A stretch of DNA of 59,896 nucleotides, counting the filler. It is 5 parts of 5 records of this genome, joined end to end, with 100 filler letters (N's around TTAATTAATTAA, not from the genome) between each part and the next. Parts side by side here need not be neighbours in the genome. Positions count along the whole stretch, not along the records: positions 1 to 6,986 come from DRR723986_15151; 4 more parts are not named here. One strand, 5' to 3'. The notes under the pieces were generated by a model. That model searched no databases and was not told the origin of the DNA. It was given only the letters and a program-made list of their open reading frames with translations. Positions within the stretch are counted from its first letter, which is position 1, and each line of letters starts with the position of its first letter. This document shows, piece by piece, positions 1-6,958 of this stretch. The position numbers and the translations under genes are program-made.

Positions 1-30
1 GGCTCGAACCAGCGACCTCGTCGATGTCAA
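1..30 (-). tRNA. tRNA-Val(GAC) 3'-half fragment (att core copy; homology ends at the anticodon loop)
   Basis: Reverse complement TTGACATCGACGAGGTCGCTGGTTCGAGCC = anticodon loop TTGACAT, 3' anticodon stem, variable loop and T-arm GGTTCGA. Sequence beyond 30 is not tRNA-like. Confidence 0.85.
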
Positions 31-94
31 AAATATGAACGGCTAGGCTTTCAGCCAAAAATCAGCTTTCAGCACCATCCCTCGCCTACAGTTA

Positions 95-107
95 AATCAA
101 AGGCTTA
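95..107 (+). promoter_or_regulatory. IHF consensus site in att arm
   Basis: AATCAAAGGCTTA matches WATCAANNNNTTR exactly, 65 nt from the att core. Confidence 0.6.
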
Positions 108-126
108 CCAAACCGTCTTGTCAGTA

Positions 127-147
127 TTGCAAACGGATTTGCAAAAC
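127..147 (+). repeat. Putative integrase arm-type sites (TTGCAAAC, TTTGCAAAAC)
   Basis: Tandem copies at 127-134 and 138-147; TTTGCAAAAC recurs at 6879-6888 on the other side of the core. Confidence 0.6.
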
Positions 148-199
148 CTGAGCACAGTTTATGGCAATCTCAGCCAAGCATCACGCATGGAGGTTTGCC

Positions 200-682
200 A
201 TGTCTGATAATCATGAGGTCACTATTCAACTGCGGGTCCCGGCGGCTGATGCAGATGCAATGGAAGAAGCAGTCAATGAGCTGCTTGCAAAAGCAAAGAC
301 CCAAGTGCGGCGTATAGCAGAAGAGGCAGAGCTTCGGACAATTGAACGTAAAAAGTTCAAGTACAGAACAAAGTCATTCTTCGCCTTAGCACCGGAAGCC
401 TTCAGGCTTTATCAAAAGTATCGCCAAGCTCATGCGTCCGCAAAAGCAACCTATTTGTTTATTGCCAACCAACTCCACTTGGATGCTCCCATAGCTGCTG
501 AAGCTCTCGTTCAAATCCATCGACGCAAACATATTAAGGAGCGCCAGAAAATGGCGCTGAAACTGGCTCGGCAAGGCCTGAGTAATACAGCAATTAGTAG
601 GCAACTGGGCGTATCGACAAGAACCGTTTCAAGGCTGCTTGTACCTCTTCTTCCATCAAAGTTGGGAGGCAAAAATGCATAG
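200..682 (+). CDS. DNA-binding protein with C-terminal helix-turn-helix
   Basis: GGAGG at 189-193 favours ATG 200 over 161; C-terminal GLSNTAISRQLGVSTRTVSRLL is a typical HTH. Confidence 0.75.
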   Translation: MSDNHEVTIQLRVPAADADAMEEAVNELLAKAKTQVRRIAEEAELRTIERKKFKYRTKSFFALAPEAFRLYQKYRQAHASAKATYLFIANQLHLDAPIAAEALVQIHRRKHIKERQKMALKLARQGLSNTAISRQLGVSTRTVSRLLVPLLPSKLGGKNA

Positions 683-971
683 CCTTCCAGCTACATTCGC
701 ACTTTGGCGACTTCAAGGTGAAACTGTTGCAAACCTCTTGTTTGACAGTCGCAGGAAACGCCAGTCCAAGGTGCTGAAAAGCGTTTTGAAAGTACTTGAT
801 CAAATTTGGACAAACCAATTTGGCGACCTGTACGTTGGTGAGCTGGTGCGACTGATCGATCTCCACCAGAAAGACGCCGCTTTGCTAGATGATACTGGCG
901 TTGGTGGTAATGCAGCAAACGATGATGATTTTGGCTTAGTGGCCTGCCCTTCGACCGAAGGGAATGCTTAA
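675..971 (+). CDS. Small hypothetical protein
   Basis: GGGAGG at 664-669; ATG 675 overlaps the upstream stop (ATGCATAG). Confidence 0.6.
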   Translation: MHSLPATFALWRLQGETVANLLFDSRRKRQSKVLKSVLKVLDQIWTNQFGDLYVGELVRLIDLHQKDAALLDDTGVGGNAANDDDFGLVACPSTEGNA

Positions 972-2752
972 TGATCTACACCCTAAAACCAGTTTGCACT
1001 TATGACGCACTGTCACAGCCCCGACCCGGTGGCGCTTTAGCGCCAGTGGTGCGGGAGGGGCTTGACCGGGCGGCGGCTCCTCACGCTGGCCCCGCAGGGG
1101 TCAGAAAACATTCTGACCCCTTGCCTAGCGGCGAGCGATTACTCTTTAAAAAACAACTCGCTTTCTCCAGCCTGTTTTTGAGTGTGGAGTGGTTAAACCT
1201 TTTTCAATTGCTCAATAAAAGCTGTTGTAAACGCGATGTAATGCGTAAATTCGGTTTCGAGAAACAAACCGGCCTCGACTTTATTTTCATGCCGGTTTAT
1301 TCGGTTGAATTTTCCAATTCGGCCTTGAATTTTGCGGATGTATATTTTGTATCTAGGTTCAAAAACCGTGATTATGCCGATAATGGAATTATTCAGAAGA
1401 ACGGCATTATTGCTCATGTTTTCATACACTGGCCTAAAAGGATAAAATTCCTCCACACGTTTTTCCTTCCAGACAGAGCTGTCGAGGTTTTGAAGCGCTT
1501 CAATATTTTTTTTCGCCAGTTCTTGAGAGACTTTGAGTTCTGCGATCATGCCGATTCTTATCGATTTCCGGAGAACATTTCTCTCTTTCTTGGCCTCACT
1601 AGCTCGCTCTTTCCATTCTGCTTGTTGTCGAGCATCCGCTTTTTTGTCCAAACGCAATTCTGCACGCAGTTGTCTAAAAAATCGCTGGTTTGTGTTGCGA
1701 TTGTTCCAAATAGCTATACCGATTGCAGCAAGGCCCGCGAGTGGCCCAGATATAGCCGCGGTAACATCAATCCAGTCTTTGTTACCGGAATAAGAACAAC
1801 AATATTGGGGCTGCCCCAACCAAAAGCCAATGTATCCAGCCGCAAAAATAACAAAAAGCGAAAGACAAAGAGTTTTCCAGTTGAGTTTCAAAATCATTCT
1901 TTTGACCTCTCTGATTTATTTTTCAACGAGCTCAAGACTAGGGTCCGGAGCTTTGGGGAGTTTGGAAAGCCATTTTTCGGTTTTAGCATACCGTTCTGGA
2001 AAATCCTGACGCTGAGCCTCAACAAGGGCATGCATATATTTCACAAGCGTTTTTCGCAGTGTTCCAGCGCTCCCATAAAGTGCGCGAAGGTCAATTGGGC
2101 CTGGGTTCGGTTTATTCAACGCGTCCCTGTATCGCCGCAAAGCTCTCTCATACTTAGATTGATTACGCGCGATTGCAGACACAGTATAGGCCGGCAGCGT
2201 CAACATTCGGTCGCCAAGGCTCTCATAAAACGGTCGAACAGGGTCAATGGCCTTTTTCTCGAAAAAATATTCAATAGCCTCTGCAGACAACTCACTGCTG
2301 CCGACAATGTATTTGAGATCAAAGGCGATATTATCAAGTTCAATTACCAAGTTGGTGCAGATCTGCTCTTGCTCAGCGCGTCTTCTGTTTTCAGAAACCA
2401 ACTCATTTTTTATGGAAATATAGAGTGCAACGAGCCCAGCAAGAGTTCCCGAAAGTGCAGAAAGGTATGGAATGAAATTGGGGTCACGATAATTGAAAAT
2501 AGAGAAGACAAGCAATGTCAGCACCAATATCAGTGCAGGCCAGCTCTTAGTTATTATTCTCTTCATTTTCATTTTTTGATCGCACCTTTTGCCATTCTGA
2601 ATACTAGAAATGTACCTGAAACGCTATCAATTAACGCAAACTACCGCTGTTCTATAGCGGTTCAGTGGATGAAAAATACCAATCCCCCCCTCCCTCTAAT
2701 AGGGGGGGTACTGTCTACAAACCCTCTTAAAAAGAGGGATGCTGGCATATGA
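971..2752 (+). CDS. 593-codon 'bridge' ORF antisense and in register to two cargo genes; product probably not a folded protein
   Basis: SD-like AAGGGA at 958-963, TAATG overlap at start, ATGA overlap with rep at end; stop-free over AT-rich DNA. Confidence 0.5.
   Translation: MIYTLKPVCTYDALSQPRPGGALAPVVREGLDRAAAPHAGPAGVRKHSDPLPSGERLLFKKQLAFSSLFLSVEWLNLFQLLNKSCCKRDVMRKFGFEKQTGLDFIFMPVYSVEFSNSALNFADVYFVSRFKNRDYADNGIIQKNGIIAHVFIHWPKRIKFLHTFFLPDRAVEVLKRFNIFFRQFLRDFEFCDHADSYRFPENISLFLGLTSSLFPFCLLSSIRFFVQTQFCTQLSKKSLVCVAIVPNSYTDCSKAREWPRYSRGNINPVFVTGIRTTILGLPQPKANVSSRKNNKKRKTKSFPVEFQNHSFDLSDLFFNELKTRVRSFGEFGKPFFGFSIPFWKILTLSLNKGMHIFHKRFSQCSSAPIKCAKVNWAWVRFIQRVPVSPQSSLILRLITRDCRHSIGRQRQHSVAKALIKRSNRVNGLFLEKIFNSLCRQLTAADNVFEIKGDIIKFNYQVGADLLLLSASSVFRNQLIFYGNIECNEPSKSSRKCRKVWNEIGVTIIENREDKQCQHQYQCRPALSYYSLHFHFLIAPFAILNTRNVPETLSINANYRCSIAVQWMKNTNPPLPLIGGVLSTNPLKKRDAGI
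1030..1130. other. GC-rich hairpin cluster, candidate single-strand origin (sso)
   Basis: TGGCGCT-TT-AGCGCCA (1030-1045) and AGGGGTCAGAA-AACA-TTCTGACCCCT (1096-1121); TAGCG motifs; lies upstream of the nick site. Confidence 0.5.
1193..1897 (-). CDS. Cargo membrane protein 1 (two N-terminal hydrophobic helices, charged coiled segment, helical domain)
   Basis: 234 aa with protein-like composition; paralogous motifs shared with 1916-2572. Confidence 0.8.
   Translation of the reverse strand: MILKLNWKTLCLSLFVIFAAGYIGFWLGQPQYCCSYSGNKDWIDVTAAISGPLAGLAAIGIAIWNNRNTNQRFFRQLRAELRLDKKADARQQAEWKERASEAKKERNVLRKSIRIGMIAELKVSQELAKKNIEALQNLDSSVWKEKRVEEFYPFRPVYENMSNNAVLLNNSIIGIITVFEPRYKIYIRKIQGRIGKFNRINRHENKVEAGLFLETEFTHYIAFTTAFIEQLKKV
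1916..2572 (-). CDS. Cargo membrane protein 2, paralog of 1193-1897
   Basis: SALSGTLAGLVALYISIKN vs AAISGPLAGLAAIGIAIWN; PVRPFYESL vs PFRPVYENM. Confidence 0.8.
   Translation of the reverse strand: MKMKRIITKSWPALILVLTLLVFSIFNYRDPNFIPYLSALSGTLAGLVALYISIKNELVSENRRRAEQEQICTNLVIELDNIAFDLKYIVGSSELSAEAIEYFFEKKAIDPVRPFYESLGDRMLTLPAYTVSAIARNQSKYERALRRYRDALNKPNPGPIDLRALYGSAGTLRKTLVKYMHALVEAQRQDFPERYAKTEKWLSKLPKAPDPSLELVEK
2601..2630 (-). promoter_or_regulatory. Candidate sigma70 promoter for the cargo operon
   Basis: TTGATA-18 nt-TAGTAT on the minus strand upstream of ATG 2572. Confidence 0.35.
2684..2708 (+). other. Rep_trans/MOB_T-type nick site hairpin (dso or oriT)
   Basis: C7-TCCCTCTAATA-G7. 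The loop contains CTCTAATAG as in the pT181-family dso; the C-run/G-run stem resembles ICEBs1 and Tn916 oriT. Lies 40 nt upstream of rep. Confidence 0.8.
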
Positions 2753-3945
2753 CAAGAAAGCGCTTGGATATTGATCTGCATTCCTGTGAAATCGATTATG
2801 GTTTTCTGATCTGCCATAACTTCGACTGGTGGCAAGAGGCGTTGAACCTCATGGTTCCAGTTACCTTGTGGAATAGCATGCTAAAGTCCAAGGAGGCTGC
2901 CAGAGAGTTAGACGATAGCAACAAGGCTTCCATTTCATTTGTTTTTGGTGGCGAGAAGTTCGAGCTTCAAGCCTACGGCCTGCGAAGCAAAGAGTTTGTC
3001 CTAATCAATGATGATATTCGGTTAGAGATCGGCCGCACCGATACGGCAATGGAATGGACGTTTGGTTGGCGTGCAACAGCCGCTGGCTTATGGGAGCACG
3101 GTGTAAAGGCACTCAGGCACCGTGTTTATACCATGTGCGACAAGGCGGGCCTGCGCCCAAGGGTTCGCGGACAATCGTGGATTAAACTTTCCAGAGCAGA
3201 TTATGCCTTCGATTTTTGGGCACCCGGTTTCACACCGGAAATGGAACCCGCTATTGCCGACAGATTTGTACTGCCTCCCGGTGTTAAAGGCAGTGGCAAT
3301 TTCTATCTAAAAAGCCCCAAAAAAGGCCAGTTTCATGCGCAACTGGAAACCTTCACTATTGGCAAGAAGGGTAGTCTGGAAATCCAGATATATGACAAGC
3401 TCACAGAAATCAGGGAAGCGTCAGGAAAAGAATGGATGCTGGATATATGGGCTGACTGTGGATACCAGCCCCCCGGCGAACCTTCTGATGTTTGGCGGTT
3501 GGAAGTCCGCATGTCTGGTGGCTGGCTCAAATCACGAACAGAAAAAGACCCAGAGAAGTTTTTGAGCCTCATGTGGCAGCTAATTGCGGAAGGCTTGCAA
3601 AGCCGCCGCTTAACGGTCCCACAAGGTGCTGACAGCAATCGTTCGCGTTGGCCTGTTCATCCACTATGGTCCCTTGCCATTGAAGCTGTTGGCGACCCTG
3701 AGGAGTTTGTGCCTGTAGGCCGTAAAATCACTGGAAAGCGTTCTGAGATCATCAGAAAATTCCAAACAGCTATAGCAGGCTATATGCGCACTGCTGCGGT
3801 TGTTGAGCATGGCATCACATTCACGGAAGAAGAACTCACAGAATTAGCGAGCAAGGCGGCGAGAGAGGCGCTTGCTGATAAGGAGCATAGTAAAAAGATA
3901 GCTCGTACGCAGGGACGGTATGAATTTGTGGATGAAGCTCAATGA
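2749..3945 (+). CDS. Rep_trans-family rolling-circle replication initiator / MOB_T-like relaxase
   Basis: Motifs LSRADYAFD, TFTIGKKG, IQIYDK (candidate catalytic Tyr), WRLEVR; adjacent nick hairpin. Confidence 0.8.
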   Translation: MTRKRLDIDLHSCEIDYGFLICHNFDWWQEALNLMVPVTLWNSMLKSKEAARELDDSNKASISFVFGGEKFELQAYGLRSKEFVLINDDIRLEIGRTDTAMEWTFGWRATAAGLWEHGVKALRHRVYTMCDKAGLRPRVRGQSWIKLSRADYAFDFWAPGFTPEMEPAIADRFVLPPGVKGSGNFYLKSPKKGQFHAQLETFTIGKKGSLEIQIYDKLTEIREASGKEWMLDIWADCGYQPPGEPSDVWRLEVRMSGGWLKSRTEKDPEKFLSLMWQLIAEGLQSRRLTVPQGADSNRSRWPVHPLWSLAIEAVGDPEEFVPVGRKITGKRSEIIRKFQTAIAGYMRTAAVVEHGITFTEEELTELASKAAREALADKEHSKKIARTQGRYEFVDEAQ

Positions 3946-4142
3946 CCGCCGCACTTCAATCATATACCCAAAATAGCCCAGCCACTACGGCAAGGCTCGC
4001 CATATCTGGTGGTGACGGCCAACACCAATTTAACAGACCCGGAACCCCCCATAGTTCCTCCCCCGGCATATTGCCGAAACTCTTCGGGCTCATGCCCGGT
4101 AAGACGCCATTAATATTGAAAGGAATTCATTATGGCTACTAA
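3942..4142 (+). CDS. 66-codon ORF bridging rep and the first XRE gene
   Basis: ATGA overlap with rep stop; its own stop overlaps the next start (ATGGCTACTAA); runs over hairpin-rich DNA. Confidence 0.4.
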   Translation: MTAALQSYTQNSPATTARLAISGGDGQHQFNRPGTPHSSSPGILPKLFGLMPGKTPLILKGIHYGY

Positions 4143-4995
4143 CAAACAGAATATCCCTTATGACGAACTGTCCGACTTTGGAGAGCGTCTTCGCTATGAA
4201 CGGGAAAAACAAGACCTCAGTCGACCAGCACTGTCGAAGCTAACTGGCAAAGCTATTTCTGCGCGTGTGATTGCGCACCTTGAGGACGGCAATACGGAAC
4301 CAAAACTCAAGCACAGTGAAATTTTGGCAGAAGTATTAGGCGTTGACGAAGTTTGGTTGAACCATGGCCTAACCAACGAAGACCAAAGCGAGCCAGATCA
4401 AGGCTTTGATAGCGTTCTTGGTGACCCAGTCAACGAATTGGACGAAACCAATTCGGGTGATTTCATGGGTGGTATCGACCAAGAAGCATCTGACAATATC
4501 GATGATGGCCCACAAACATTGGTACCCAGCAATGACAATCAAATGAGGCTCTACGTCGACACTGCATATGAATTGCTGGAGGTAATAGCTGCCATCAGGC
4601 ACGAAGGCTTTTTGCATCATATCAGAAAAATGCCCGGCTTGATTGAGCAAGCCATTGAAACCGGCAAGTTCCTCGAATTATCAGAAATTGAAGAGTTAGC
4701 GTCAGACCACAATGTCAACATTGATGGTGATATCCCCTTTGCGGAGCGCGAACCAACGGAAGATGAAATAAACGAAGTCATTCATCGTCTAATTGATACA
4801 GCGCTTCTTGGTATCGACCTCCATCAAGTGGACGTGGATAGTTTGCTCGCTTTTGCAAAAAGAAATCGAGTTCACCTTACGAGGCTTAACCGAAGGACCA
4901 TCTCAGCGTTGATAAATAAGTTGAGGCCAGTCTATTGGAACAGAGCGCTTGAGGATGGACTAACTGTTTCCACTTTCCTCTCGGAGACAGGCTAG
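4132..4995 (+). CDS. XRE-family HTH regulator with acidic linker and unknown C-terminal domain
   Basis: FGERLRYEREKQDLSRPALSKLT...LEDGNTEPKL...LAEVLGVDEVWL; SD AAGGA. Confidence 0.85.
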   Translation: MATNKQNIPYDELSDFGERLRYEREKQDLSRPALSKLTGKAISARVIAHLEDGNTEPKLKHSEILAEVLGVDEVWLNHGLTNEDQSEPDQGFDSVLGDPVNELDETNSGDFMGGIDQEASDNIDDGPQTLVPSNDNQMRLYVDTAYELLEVIAAIRHEGFLHHIRKMPGLIEQAIETGKFLELSEIEELASDHNVNIDGDIPFAEREPTEDEINEVIHRLIDTALLGIDLHQVDVDSLLAFAKRNRVHLTRLNRRTISALINKLRPVYWNRALEDGLTVSTFLSETG

Positions 4996-5678
4996 TGAAA
5001 ACGGGCTGGATTGACCAAAAATTAGTTCAGCCCAAATTTTGGTTGCTTTTTGTATATTTTATGTCATTATTGGATCATATGTTACTAATTTGTACTATGG
5101 ATACAATTTTGAAATTAAAATCAGAAAAATATGATGCTGCTAAACACTTTGAAAAGCCCGAAACCCTTGGGGATGAGCTTATTCGATGCAGGAAAAGGCT
5201 TGGGCTGTCCCGAACAGAACTTTCAAAGCGTTCAGGCATAGCCGCAAATTCCATATCCAAATATGAACAAGCAGGCCGAGTTGGCGGCCAATACCCACCA
5301 ATACCAAAACTTGCGAAGCTTTGCGTTGAGCTAGGCATTGATGCGCGTGAATTGCTCGCGATGACGCTAGAGGATAATCAGGATGCAATTACTCTGCTTG
5401 AAACTGGAGGCAGCCGGGACGACTATGAAAATCTGATGGGTGAGTTGACCGAGTTCGCAGAAAACCCTCAAAAGCCAATGGTGCTGTTTGACCGGAACAA
5501 CAATATGTTTTCTGTCACTCACATTCCCATGCAACAGCACCTTGCAAACCCATGGGATAAAACAGCAAAATTAAAAGAACCCGCGGAGGCTAGTTTGGCG
5601 ACGAGCTCCACGGGTTCAAATCCAAAATCAACACCAATCGCAAAAAAGGAGCCTGAAGATGGACAGTCCTCAGATTAA
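4995..5678 (+). CDS. Second XRE-family HTH regulator (GTG 4995 or ATG 5097 start)
   Basis: LGDELIRCRKRLGLSRTELSKRSGIAANSISKYE...LAKLCVELGID; GGAGA SD and TAGTG overlap support the GTG start. Confidence 0.85.
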   Translation: MKTGWIDQKLVQPKFWLLFVYFMSLLDHMLLICTMDTILKLKSEKYDAAKHFEKPETLGDELIRCRKRLGLSRTELSKRSGIAANSISKYEQAGRVGGQYPPIPKLAKLCVELGIDARELLAMTLEDNQDAITLLETGGSRDDYENLMGELTEFAENPQKPMVLFDRNNNMFSVTHIPMQQHLANPWDKTAKLKEPAEASLATSSTGSNPKSTPIAKKEPEDGQSSD

Positions 5679-6006
5679 TCCTCCTGATGAAATTGCACAA
5701 GCCCTTGCGTCCCTGCCGCTCTTTTTAAGCGTCAAGCGGGCTGCTGAGTTTTTAGGTTTCTGCGCTTCCACTATCCGAGAGATGGTGAAACGCGGAGAAC
5801 TAACAGCTCTTCGCCCAGAGGGTCGTAACATGCGTATTCCGCGCTATGCCATTACTCAATATCTGGAGGACAACACATGGCACGCCCAAGAAAAGGCCCC
5901 CGGCTCGTCCGTATCAACGGAAAAGACAACTGGTATGTCCGAGATGGACGCGGCACACAATTTACGACAGGAACTGCGGATAGGGAGAGCGCTGAATGCA
6001 CGCTAG
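5659..6006 (+). CDS. xis: Excisionase-like HTH protein
   Basis: FLSVKRAAEFLGFCASTIREMVKRGELTA...RIPR; SD AAGGAG; directly before and overlapping the integrase. Confidence 0.8.
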   Translation: MDSPQINPPDEIAQALASLPLFLSVKRAAEFLGFCASTIREMVKRGELTALRPEGRNMRIPRYAITQYLEDNTWHAQEKAPGSSVSTEKTTGMSEMDAAHNLRQELRIGRALNAR

Positions 6007-6926
6007 CCTCCTATATCGCAAAGAAGGCCATTCCAGCCCAGCCAACAATTGCCCAATTGCTGGATATGAGGATGGAAGACCTGCGAGCACGCAATGTGCC
6101 GTCCGCAAGCAACACTGTGTATCGTCACAATGCCTTGAAGCGCCATTTCGGACCACTAAGGCCGGAACAGCTTTCTATCGCCCTGATCAGCAAATTTCGG
6201 CAAGAGCACAACCATGTGCAAGCGATGCTGCGGGAATATCTACTGGAATTGAAATCAACGCTGAAAATGGCGAAGGACAACAATATAATTGCAACGGTCC
6301 TGCCCATATCAGTGCCAGCCAAAAACCCACCACGAGACAGGTTTCTAAGCCACGAGGAGGCCGCAAAGCTTTGGAACGCGGCTCACGGCGCTCATATCAA
6401 GCTTTTCATTCATCTGGCATTGGTTACCGGCGCACGCAAAGGCGCGATACTACAATTGACGTGGGACCGTGTGGACCTGGACAACGGGCGTTTGGATTTC
6501 AACGACCCGAACTGGCCAATAACCAACAAGCGCCGAACACTATCACCAATCGAACCGGCAGTGATCGAAATGCTGACCGAAGCAAAGACATTTGCAGAAA
6601 CCAACCACGTAATAGAGTTCAACGGGAAACCATTGAAAGACATAAAGAAGGGCTTCGCCTTGGCAGCAAAGAAAGCAGGCCTGAGTGGTGTAACACCGCA
6701 CACGTTGAAGCATACGGCAATATCGTGGCTGGCACAGGCAGGAAGCCCGATAGAACATATTGCTGCAATGACGGCCACAAACGCCAACACGGTGCGCCGC
6801 ATCTATCAGAAATTTGCACCGGAATACCTTCAAGACGAGGCGAAAATACTGTCAAATGCCATGAGTTTTACACACACATTTGCAAAACAGGCCCAATCAA
6901 CACAATCAAGCGAGGCCTCAATATGA
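5877..6926 (+). CDS. int: Tyrosine recombinase / integrase
   Basis: TGARKGAILQLTWDRVDL, TPHTLKHTAISW, C-terminal VRRIY; SD GGAGGA; adjacent to att. Confidence 0.93.
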   Translation: MARPRKGPRLVRINGKDNWYVRDGRGTQFTTGTADRESAECTLASYIAKKAIPAQPTIAQLLDMRMEDLRARNVPSASNTVYRHNALKRHFGPLRPEQLSIALISKFRQEHNHVQAMLREYLLELKSTLKMAKDNNIIATVLPISVPAKNPPRDRFLSHEEAAKLWNAAHGAHIKLFIHLALVTGARKGAILQLTWDRVDLDNGRLDFNDPNWPITNKRRTLSPIEPAVIEMLTEAKTFAETNHVIEFNGKPLKDIKKGFALAAKKAGLSGVTPHTLKHTAISWLAQAGSPIEHIAAMTATNANTVRRIYQKFAPEYLQDEAKILSNAMSFTHTFAKQAQSTQSSEASI

Positions 6927-6958
6927 TTGCAAGTTACTGTAATATAAGGGTTTTAAAA

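Noticed and set aside
161-199. Longer N-terminus for the first HTH gene
   Set aside because: Strong SD precedes ATG 200; none evident before 161
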